Below, in pieces: positions 20,244-26,759 of a stretch of DNA of 64,000 nt (position 1 is its first letter; every line of letters starts with the position of its first letter). The position numbers and the translations under genes were made by a program. The notes beneath the pieces were generated by a model, which ran no database searches, was not told the origin of the DNA, and worked only from the letters and a program-made list of their open reading frames with translations. The DNA lies in sequence record MK568540.2; one strand, 5' to 3'.

Positions 20244-20260
20244 CAATATGTTTTTACATT

Positions 20261-20373
20261 GGTGAAGTTAGTTCAGTAGGTTAGAACGCCGGCCAAAAAA
20301 CGAAGTCTGATAAGATTTCATTCTGCATTCACATGCACGCCGGAGGTCGCAGGTTCGAGTCCTGCACTTCACC
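20261..20373 (+). ncRNA. tRNA-like RNA E3 with CTGCAT module in the anticodon loop
   Basis: GGTGAAGT/ACTTCACC acceptor, CCGGC/GCCGG anticodon stem, canonical T-arm. Confidence 0.8.
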
Positions 20374-20383
20374 TTCAAATTCT

Positions 20384-20508
20384 GGAGAGTTAGCTCAGTC
20401 TGGTAGAGCAAAAGAATGTTAAAGAATACTGACAAGCATTCATGCTGCAAACCTTAATAACTAGGTAAATCTTTTTGTCACGTGGTTCAAATCCCGTACT
20501 CTCCACCA
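20384..20508 (+). ncRNA. tRNA-like RNA E4 with CTGCAA module in the anticodon loop
   Basis: GGAGAGT/ACTCTCC-A-CCA, GCTC/GAGC D-stem, AAAGA/TCTTT anticodon stem. Confidence 0.8.
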
Positions 20509-20522
20509 ATTTTCGAGGGTTT

Positions 20523-20891
20523 ATGAATAAGTTTAATGACATAAATGACGAACTTGATTGTATATTGCATCGTTGTGAGATTGTAAAGCGCAATCTTCGA
20601 AAATATTGTACATTTGCTGTTGAAATGCAGTATAGACTTATGATAAACTTCATTGGCATGGGTTGCTATCAACAAGTTCTGCCGATATTAGACAATCTAA
20701 ATTATCACCCTGATACAAGTCAGTTTGATAATATTGAGATTATGCAAACTATAAAAGAATTGATGAAATGTGCAGATAAGCTCGATTTGCTGCATCAACA
20801 AGACGCATTTCATCAAATTAAATCGACTGCTCGTATTACAGAAGAAGCAAACATCTTCGCTGCGAAAGTTGGTCGATTTCTAGAGAAATGA
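20523..20891 (+). CDS. Hypothetical protein
   Basis: ATG 20523 after SD GAGG (the track's GTG start overlaps E4). Confidence 0.65.
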   Translation: MNKFNDINDELDCILHRCEIVKRNLRKYCTFAVEMQYRLMINFIGMGCYQQVLPILDNLNYHPDTSQFDNIEIMQTIKELMKCADKLDLLHQQDAFHQIKSTARITEEANIFAAKVGRFLEK

Positions 20892-20892
20892 T

Positions 20893-20970
20893 GGCCCTAT
20901 AGCTCAACACGGTTAGAGCAACCGACTCATAATCGGTAGGTTACAGGTTCGAGTCCTGTTGGGGTCACCA
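20893..20970 (+). tRNA. tRNA-Ile2/Met (CAT)
   Basis: Canonical cloverleaf, loop CTCATAA, CCA; GGCCC start like ileX. Confidence 0.92.
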
Positions 20971-20990
20971 AAATAAATTGAAAAAAGTTG

Positions 20991-21019
20991 TTGACAGACG
21001 TTTCATCAACGTGTAGTAT
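20991..21019 (+). promoter_or_regulatory. Early promoter
   Basis: AAAAAAGTTG-TTGACA-N17-TAGTAT. Confidence 0.8.
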
Positions 21020-21049
21020 ACACATTATCAACTACACGAGGAAAACATT

Positions 21050-21280
21050 ATGTCACATAAATTGCTAGTTATCACATCAATGCACGGTTGCTACGTCGAT
21101 TACGATTTCAGAACTGAAATGTTTGACAGATACATGTGTGATGTTGTGATTCCGAACGACTCTGTTGTTTTGTACTCGGGTACAGTTTCAATAGATGAAA
21201 TTCGAGCAGTTGCGAACGAATGTTACGCTGACATCAAGATTGAAGAAGTCAGTGATGATGTTTTTGACAGCTATCTTTAA
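21050..21280 (+). CDS. Hypothetical protein
   Basis: SD GAGGA; 76 aa. Confidence 0.7.
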   Translation: MSHKLLVITSMHGCYVDYDFRTEMFDRYMCDVVIPNDSVVLYSGTVSIDEIRAVANECYADIKIEEVSDDVFDSYL

Positions 21281-21284
21281 AAAT

Positions 21285-21524
21285 GCCGCTAACTGGCGTA
21301 CAATACACAGTGTATTCCCAACATTAGTGCAGACGTAGGCTCGCAACCTACGTTGGTACCGAATCACTGGGACCGAGTAGAAAGTGCATGTGAGATGTCG
21401 AAGTCTTGTATGTAGAAATAACGCTCGGCTGCTCTGAAATGCTGATTAGCTCTTACTTCGAAACTCTAATTGGGTGGAAGAGGTGTTGTGTTTGACGTGT
21501 GTTCGATTCACACGAGCGGCGCCA
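21285..21524 (+). ncRNA. tmRNA-shaped RNA (tRNA-like ends, ~190-nt internal domain)
   Basis: GCCGCT/AGCGGC-G-CCA acceptor; T-arm CGTGTG-TTCGATT-CACACG; long H2-like helix (ACAATAC/GTGTTGT, TTCC/GGAA, ATTAG/CTAAT). Confidence 0.65.
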
Positions 21525-21537
21525 AGAGGAAATTATA

Positions 21538-22059
21538 ATGAAACCATTGAAGTTCGTTGAGGCGTTCTCTAAAGAAGAACGTGCTGCTATGACGATTGAA
21601 GAACGTAGCAGACTTCGTAAAATATATAACGAACGCTATCAAGAGTATGTTGATAAGTACATCAATGTATTCACTCGAAAAGACTTTCGAAGAGAGCGTT
21701 GCTGGGTTATTCTTGCACGATGTAAAAAGACTGGTGAAATCATCGGTCGAATTGAAAATAGTTTTAGTATGGGATGGTCTAAAGAGCGTGTTCGTGTTAT
21801 TCGACCGTATCTAAACGGTAATTTCACGGGCGATGACCGCTTCTCTAAAGCTGAGTACAACAAAGCGTGTGCTGAGTACATAACTCATCATGAGAAACAA
21901 GTAAAGTCTCTCAGAGAAGCTTACAAAGACACTCACGACGTTTTCTTATCTCGTGTGGGTAGTAAGAACTGTCCTGTTTCTATTGATTGGGATACGTATT
22001 ACAGTAAAAAAGACAAACGAAACTTTGAATATCGAAATTTGAAATTCAAAGTTAAATAA
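21538..22059 (+). CDS. Hypothetical basic protein
   Basis: ATG 21538 after SD GAGGA. Confidence 0.7.
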   Translation: MKPLKFVEAFSKEERAAMTIEERSRLRKIYNERYQEYVDKYINVFTRKDFRRERCWVILARCKKTGEIIGRIENSFSMGWSKERVRVIRPYLNGNFTGDDRFSKAEYNKACAEYITHHEKQVKSLREAYKDTHDVFLSRVGSKNCPVSIDWDTYYSKKDKRNFEYRNLKFKVK

Positions 22060-22064
22060 TTCAT

Positions 22065-22180
22065 AGTCGGGTAGCTCAGTGGTAGAGCACGAAGAATGAT
22101 ACTGACAAGTATCGCTCCAGCACTCCTTCAATTGCCTGTTAAGCACGTGGTCGCTGGTTCGAATCCAGCCCCGACTACCA
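22065..22180 (+). ncRNA. tRNA-Asn(GTT)-like RNA E5 with a 41-nt CAGCAC module inserted between positions 28 and 29
   Basis: Removing the insert restores CGTGC-CTGTTAA-GCACG; acceptor AGTCGGG/CCCGACT-A-CCA. Confidence 0.85.
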
Positions 22181-22206
22181 TTTTTGATAAACTAGTGAGG
22201 TATAAC

Positions 22207-22443
22207 ATGAGCGGAACATTTAATATCAACAAAACGTTACTGACTCCGAAACAATTGCGCAATCTAACAGATGAGCGTCTGAATGAATATCGCAAGTCGT
22301 TTCGTAAGCCTCTTGGGTTTTTGAAGCATCTGAACGATACAAACGAATTGACTTCAGATCAGCACAAGAAATTCGTTGAGCTTAATAAGCACTACAACGA
22401 CGAAATTCTTGCTGAAATGAACAAGCGAAAACACTTAGGTTAA
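22207..22443 (+). CDS. Hypothetical protein
   Basis: ATG 22207 after SD GAGG; reads on the plus strand. Confidence 0.6.
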   Translation: MSGTFNINKTLLTPKQLRNLTDERLNEYRKSFRKPLGFLKHLNDTNELTSDQHKKFVELNKHYNDEILAEMNKRKHLG

Positions 22444-22556
22444 TAAAATCGCAGAAAATTGATAATTTTTTTCAATTTTCTGCGAAAATACCGCAAATCG
22501 TCAGATTTAGTGTTATAAGTACTATAAAGAAACAAAACAAATTTTAATTTTTATTT

Positions 22557-22681
22557 CAAGAGAGCATTCAATGACGCATTCGTTTACACATTCATCTGAG
22601 ACATTACGCAGCGATTTTCTGCGCTCAGAATTCGTGTATCTAGCGAATCCGATTGCGAACCAGAAGTGGGATACCCTCTTG
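22557..22681 (+). ncRNA. Orphan structured RNA
   Basis: Nested stems CAAGAG/CTCTTG, TACAC/GTGTA, CTGAG/CTCAG, CGCAG/CTGCG; followed by a terminator. Confidence 0.5.
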
Positions 22682-22713
22682 TAGTCCGATAGTATAACAT
22701 AGAAGTATACTTG

Positions 22714-22738
22714 AGGACGCAAATAGCGTCCTTTTTTT
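22714..22738 (+). terminator. Rho-independent terminator
   Basis: AGGACGC-AAATA-GCGTCCT followed by a T-run. Confidence 0.85.
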
Positions 22739-22815
22739 ATGGGCGTAAGAAAGTTAAGAAATTTTGTTTAACGTACTTTGATTACAGAGTATGATAAACA
22801 AAGTTAAAGAACAAA

Positions 22816-22889
22816 CGGGACGTGGCGTAAAGGTAGCGTTCATGCTTTGGGAGCATGTGGTAAGAGTTCGAGTCTCTTCGTCCCGACCA
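22816..22889 (+). tRNA. tRNA-Pro (TGG)
   Basis: Cloverleaf, loop TTTGGGA, CCA. Confidence 0.92.
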
Positions 22890-22898
22890 ATTTAAAAT

Positions 22899-22975
22899 CC
22901 GTGACTAGCTCAATCTGGTAGAGTACTCCGTTTGGGGCGGAGAAGTTAAGCGTTCGAATCGCTTGTCACGGACCA
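22899..22975 (+). tRNA. tRNA-Pro (TGG)
   Basis: Cloverleaf, loop TTTGGGG, CCA. Confidence 0.9.
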
Positions 22976-22982
22976 GTTTAAT

Positions 22983-23058
22983 GCCCGATTAGCTCAATTG
23001 GAAGAGCAGCGCCCTACGAAGGCGAAGGTTACAAGTTCGAATCTTGTATTGGGTGCCA
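22983..23058 (+). tRNA. tRNA-Arg (ACG)
   Basis: Cloverleaf, loop CTACGAA, CCA. Confidence 0.92.
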
Positions 23059-23261
23059 GTTAGTGTTGTTTGATTGAAGCTCGCTTTCGCACATTCCCGA
23101 AACTGCTTCTACGAATTGATACGCTTAGGACCGTATCTCGTTAAGTACTGTCGAGATGATAGAATTTAACGAACTTTTCATAAATTAGTGTTTATGATGT
23201 CTTGAGCGAGTGTTAATATTAACACATAGAAAATGAAAACGTTAAGTTCTTCAAAATAAAT

Positions 23262-23392
23262 TCAAAAAGATGTTTACAACGATATAAACATCGTGTACAA
23301 TGAAGAAAAGCGAAACATCATTCAAAATCGAATGAAAAGTTTTTCAAAAAAGATGTTTACAACGATAAAAACATCATGTACAATGAAGAAAA
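23262..23392 (+). promoter_or_regulatory. Duplicated strong early promoters
   Basis: Two near-identical ~48-bp copies: AAAAAGATG-TTTACA-N17-TACAAT-GAAGAAAAG (-35 boxes at 23273 and 23356). Confidence 0.85.
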
Positions 23393-23411
23393 GAAGTTTA
23401 CAAAATTTAAT

Positions 23412-23488
23412 GCGCAAGTAGCCCAATTGGCAGAGGCACTGGTCTTAGAAACCAGAAGTTAAGAGTTCGAATCTCTTCTTGCGTACCA
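23412..23488 (+). tRNA. tRNA-Leu (TAG), short variable loop
   Basis: Loop CTTAGAA; 5-nt variable region. Confidence 0.9.
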
Positions 23489-23489
23489 A

Positions 23490-23564
23490 GCACCCTTAGC
23501 TTATCAGGAAAAGCGGCGGATTGAAGTCCCGCAGTGCTCGGTTCGATTCCGAGGGGGTGCACCA
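23490..23564 (+). tRNA. tRNA-Phe (GAA)
   Basis: Loop TTGAAGT with an A31-C39 mismatch. Confidence 0.85.
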
Positions 23565-23653
23565 TATTATAGCTTGTTTGTAAGAGTTAAATCAAGCAAG
23601 GGGTTTTAGTTTTGGGTTATTTAGCAAACGCTCTTAACGTGAAAATCAAATCT

Positions 23654-23728
23654 GGGTCGTTCGTATAACGGTAGTACATCTGGCTTTTAACCAGACCGGT
23701 GAGAGTTCGAATCTCTTGCGACCCACCA
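23654..23728 (+). tRNA. tRNA-Lys (TTT)
   Basis: Loop CTTTTAA, CCA. Confidence 0.92.
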
Positions 23729-23739
23729 TATTTTATAAT

Positions 23740-23816
23740 GCGTCGGTAGCTCATCATGGAAGAGCAGGGAGCTTTTAACTCTCAGGTGTCTGGTTCGAGT
23801 CCAGGGCGGCGTACCA
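23740..23816 (+). tRNA. tRNA-Lys (TTT)
   Basis: Loop CTTTTAA, CCA. Confidence 0.9.
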
Positions 23817-23879
23817 AATTAGATACATTGTGTATCGCTTTGCAAGTTAGATAGCTTGCAAAGCAATATACAATTTAAT

Positions 23880-23954
23880 TCTCCCGTGGACTAACGGTAG
23901 GTCATCACCCTTTCAAGGTGAAGTGCGCGAGTTCGAATCTCGTCGGGAGAACCA
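23880..23954 (+). tRNA. tRNA-Glu (TTC)
   Basis: Loop CTTTCAA, CCA. Confidence 0.9.
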
Positions 23955-23960
23955 AATTAC

Positions 23961-24046
23961 GGAGCGTACGTCTCAAGGTGAGACAGGGGACTGTAAATCC
24001 CTGACCCTTAACGGGTAGAGAGGTTCGATTCCTCTACGCTCCACCA
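23961..24046 (+). tRNA. tRNA-Tyr (GTA)
   Basis: Loop CTGTAAA, long variable arm, CCA. Confidence 0.92.
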
Positions 24047-24051
24047 GTTTT

Positions 24052-24139
24052 AGCTTGCATACTGCAATTTAACTTAATCTATTGATCGCTCGGCGAACTC
24101 AGTTCAGACAGCGATAAACAGACCAAAGAACGCAAGCTG
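24052..24139 (+). ncRNA. Free-standing CTGCAA-motif RNA
   Basis: GCTTGC-ATA-CTGCAA ... GCAAGC-TG with inner ATCGCT/AGCGAT stem. Confidence 0.75.
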
Positions 24140-24148
24140 TTGAATAAT

Positions 24149-24225
24149 TGCGGGGTAGAGAAGTGGTCATCTCGTCGGTCTCATAAGCCGGAGAACGCTG
24201 GTTCGAATCCAGCCCCACGCAACCA
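24149..24225 (+). tRNA. tRNA-fMet-like (CAT)
   Basis: GCGGGG..TCGGT-CTCATAA; extra A in the acceptor 3' strand. Confidence 0.85.
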
Positions 24226-24271
24226 AATTTATTTCGACTAAATATTGTTTTACGCAATAAGGAAAATTACA

Positions 24272-24514
24272 ATGAAAACATTTGATGAATTCATTACCGA
24301 GTCGAAAGATGTTACTTTCGGAGTTTCTGGCTCACTTTTTAGTGGTGCAATGGATAGAGAGAGACATCGAAACATGATGCAAAAACTTGGCGCTGTTAGA
24401 GACACCAAATCAAAATCACAAGATAATGTTTGGGTTGTCAGTCAAGCGAATGCTGATGCAGTTGAAGAATATCTTAGTCAGTTTGATAAGCTGATGTGGG
24501 GTAGACACAAATAA
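24272..24514 (+). CDS. Putative internal head protein with capsid-targeting sequence
   Basis: Starts MKTFDEFITE (T4 CTS MKTYQEFIAE); CTAAATA late-like promoter at ~24238. Confidence 0.7.
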   Translation: MKTFDEFITESKDVTFGVSGSLFSGAMDRERHRNMMQKLGAVRDTKSKSQDNVWVVSQANADAVEEYLSQFDKLMWGRHK

Positions 24515-24520
24515 TTAATT

Positions 24521-24619
24521 GGAAGGCTTAGCCGAGAGATTCTGGGTAGCGGCAACGGTCTTGAAAACCGTCGGTCACCGGGAGGTGATGTTAGGGTTCG
24601 AATCCCTAGTCTTCCGCCA
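24521..24619 (+). tRNA. tRNA-Ser (TGA)
   Basis: Loop CTTGAAA, long variable arm, large D-loop, G73-CCA. Confidence 0.9.
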
Positions 24620-24683
24620 ATTAGTTAACCGGGAAGTTTAGTCACTTAACCGATTAACACGAGCACTGAAATGTGCTCACTTT

Positions 24684-24757
24684 AGTCCCTTAGCTCAACG
24701 GTAGAGCGTGCGACCGATAATCGCTTGGTAAGAGTTCGATTCTCTTAGGGACTACCA
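24684..24757 (+). tRNA. tRNA-Ile (GAT), C33
   Basis: Loop CCGATAA, CCA. Confidence 0.88.
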
Positions 24758-24763
24758 GATTTT

Positions 24764-24837
24764 AGGGGCATGATGTAAAGGCAGCATGACGGATTCCAAA
24801 CCCGTTCGTTAGAGTTCGAATCTCTATGCCCCTGCCA
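24764..24837 (+). tRNA. tRNA-Trp (CCA)
   Basis: Loop TTCCAAA, G73-CCA. Confidence 0.88.
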
Positions 24838-24842
24838 GTTTA

Positions 24843-24901
24843 AGTAATCTTACAGCAAACAATACAAAACTTTTATTTGGAAAAAGCAAAAAGGATTACT
24901 G
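24843..24901 (+). ncRNA. Minimal CAGCAA-motif RNA carrying an anticodon-like stem-loop
   Basis: GTAATC-TTA-CAGCAA ... CTTTT-ATTTGGA-AAAAG ... GATTAC-TG. Confidence 0.8.
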
Positions 24902-24912
24902 TTTAAATTCAA

Positions 24913-24987
24913 GGGTGTGTAACTCAGAGGCAGAGTAGTCGGCTGTTAACCGACAAGTCGAGATTTCGAAATTCTCCACGCCCGCCA
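24913..24987 (+). tRNA. tRNA-Asn (GTT)
   Basis: Loop CTGTTAA, CCA. Confidence 0.88.
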
Positions 24988-24988
24988 T

Positions 24989-25064
24989 GCTTCATTAACT
25001 CAGTTGGTAGAGTGTCTGACTGTTAATCAGAGAGTCGTTGGTTCGAGTCCAACATGAAGCGCCA
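24989..25064 (+). tRNA. tRNA-Asn (GTT)
   Basis: Loop CTGTTAA, CCA. Confidence 0.92.
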
Positions 25065-25132
25065 AATTCGGAGAGTCACTACCGTTAAGTGTGAACTTGA
25101 AAAACAAAGCAACTACTTTAAGTTGTCTTTGG

Positions 25133-25208
25133 GGAGCCGAGGTGTAAGTGGTTGCATGTCTCCCTGTCACGGAGAAGGTAGCGGGTTCGAAACCCGTCGG
25201 TTCCGCCA
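25133..25208 (+). tRNA. tRNA-Asp (GTC)
   Basis: Loop CTGTCAC, CCA. Confidence 0.92.
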
Positions 25209-25227
25209 AAGATAATTTAAGAACAAT

Positions 25228-25301
25228 TGGGGATTGGTGTAAAGGCAGCATAACGTACTTTGAATGCGTTGGTATCAGTTCGAATCTGTTATCCCCAGCC
25301 A
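25228..25301 (+). tRNA. tRNA-Gln (TTG)
   Basis: TGGGGAT start, loop CTTTGAA, CCA. Confidence 0.9.
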
Positions 25302-25310
25302 AATACCGAA

Positions 25311-25424
25311 GAGTGTTTTCAGCAAACAATTTACTAATATTCTTATCGGAAAGAAATGTTTAGGGTTCGATTCCCTTTCAGTGTTGGTATCACTGGTCTG
25401 GACGACGCTAGTAATAACACTCAG
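25311..25424 (+). ncRNA. Circularly permuted tRNA-like RNA closed by the CAGCAA motif (YrlA-like topology)
   Basis: Order: GAGTGT-TTT-CAGCAA, anticodon-like hairpin, T-arm AGGG-TTCGATT-CCCT, closed acceptor CAGTG/CACTG, D-like hairpin, ACACTC-AG. Confidence 0.8.
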
Positions 25425-25428
25425 TAAC

Positions 25429-25504
25429 GCCCTGATAGCACAACTGGCAGTGCAGCTCACTTGTAATGAGCAGGTTCGCGGTTCGAATCCGTGTCAGGGC
25501 ACCA
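25429..25504 (+). tRNA. tRNA-Thr (TGT)
   Basis: Loop CTTGTAA, CCA. Confidence 0.92.
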
Positions 25505-25528
25505 TTTTCAAACAACTGCGAGAATAAC

Positions 25529-25738
25529 ATGAACTATATTTCTGTATGGTGTGAATATGACATTGGTGGGGATTTCGGTGGCAACAATAACGAAGATGTT
25601 TTTTCCGTTAGTGAAGAATTATCTAATGAAGAAGTTGAAGCAAAAGTTGCTGAATATATTTCTGACATTGTTAGTGAGCCGATTGAAGAACTTGAAGGTT
25701 TATACGGTTGGGAATATATTTCAATCACACAGTTGTAA
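25529..25738 (+). CDS. Hypothetical acidic protein
   Basis: ATG 25529, MNYISVWCEY. Confidence 0.6.
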   Translation: MNYISVWCEYDIGGDFGGNNNEDVFSVSEELSNEEVEAKVAEYISDIVSEPIEELEGLYGWEYISITQL

Positions 25739-25745
25739 AAAATAT

Positions 25746-25820
25746 GGGCCGTTAGCTTAATTGGGAAAGCGCCTCACTTGCAATGAGGAAGATAGGGTTC
25801 GACTCCCTGCGTGTCCACCA
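25746..25820 (+). tRNA. tRNA-Ala (TGC)
   Basis: Loop CTTGCAA; irregular acceptor/T stems; CCA. Confidence 0.8.
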
Positions 25821-25894
25821 AATTTCGAACACATGAGCGTAGACTCTCTTTACTACCATCGTCTACACTAGTTCATGGTTCGAATCTTTTCAAT

Positions 25895-25970
25895 GCGCTG
25901 TTAGCTCAATTGGAAGAGCACGTCCCTTCTAAGGATGGGGTTATGAGTTCGAATCTCATACGGCGTGCCA
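25895..25970 (+). tRNA. tRNA-Arg (TCT)
   Basis: Loop CTTCTAA, CCA. Confidence 0.92.
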
Positions 25971-26033
25971 TATTAAGCTCTTATCATGCGACGAATGATA
26001 CTTTGCTTCGGCATATCACGAGCATGGTGAGAG

Positions 26034-26262
26034 AGACAATATACAGCAAACAATTGAAATTACTTAAAAGAAGTGATGATCTTAACCTGGGCTGATTTTA
26101 ACCTGAGCTTGCTTAGGCGCAGCTTGAAAGGAAAGATTCTCTCTGTCTAGAAATAGTCAGATAGGCGCGTCGCTGAAACAGACGATATTTGCTTGTTGAG
26201 AATCAATAAGCTAGTCAACTCCGATTTATGCAAAAGACGAAAAAACACTTCGGTATTGTCTG
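26034..26262 (+). ncRNA. Large CAGCAA-motif RNA L1
   Basis: GACAAT-ATA-CAGCAA ... ATTGTC-TG; several hairpins; 3' block shared with L2. Confidence 0.8.
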
Positions 26263-26266
26263 TACT

Positions 26267-26485
26267 TAATTCGTCGGAAACGACACTGTAGCCGAAAGGC
26301 AAGATACGCTAACTTAGATGTTAGCAGCGATATAGGATGTATCGCGTGGCATTATTATGAACGTTTCTAGTCATCGTCATGTAAAACAATCAAAACTAAG
26401 CAGAGGTAACAGTACCCACTATGTGGTTCCTCACTCAGACCATGAATATATGGTGTCAGCCAGTGTGCGATTAAATGAGTTAATT
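26267..26485 (+). ncRNA. Orphan multi-hairpin RNA with GNRA loops
   Basis: GTCG-GAAA-CGAC, GCC-GAAA-GGC, GCTAAC/GTTAGC, GCGATA/TATCGC, ACCAT/ATGGT. Confidence 0.55.
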
Positions 26486-26494
26486 ACTGCAATT

Positions 26495-26570
26495 GGTGAT
26501 GTAGCTCAAGTGGCAGAGCAACGCTTTCATACGGCGTAAGATCCGATTTCGAGTATCGGTGTCACCTCCA
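26495..26570 (+). tRNA. tRNA-Met (CAT)
   Basis: Loop TTCATAC, T73-CCA. Confidence 0.85.
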
Positions 26571-26759
26571 AATTCAAAAACAAAGAGGTTACGAAGCATG
26601 ACTACTTTACACTAAGCAAGGGCAACATACGCGATAAAATTCGATATGTTGAAAAATGTCTCGCGAATGAGACCAACCCGTTCTTTATAAGAACACTTAC
26701 TGTAGAGCTTACGAATCTACGTGCAATACGTGATTTGTTTGACGCTTCAGATTAACAAT

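Noticed and set aside
19740-22180. Group I intron or archaeal bulge-helix-bulge intron explanation for the tRNA inserts
   Set aside because: The inserts are 40-55 nt, far too short for group I. No bulge-helix-bulge is seen at the junctions, and the same module exists free-standing.
23826-23874. Long hairpin ATTGTGTAT..GCTTTGCAAG/CTTGCAAAGC..ATATACAAT between tRNAs
   Set aside because: A simple spacer hairpin with no motif; probably a processing or stability element.
26478-26492. Possible 13th motif copy (GAGTTA-ATTA-CTGCAA)
   Set aside because: The spacer is 4 nt rather than 3 and the partner strand is not followed by TG/AG, so it was not counted.
26598-26755. Possible frameshifted small gene after SD GAGG
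   Set aside because: The ATG frame stops after 5 codons and the longer frame has no supported start, so the evidence is insufficient.
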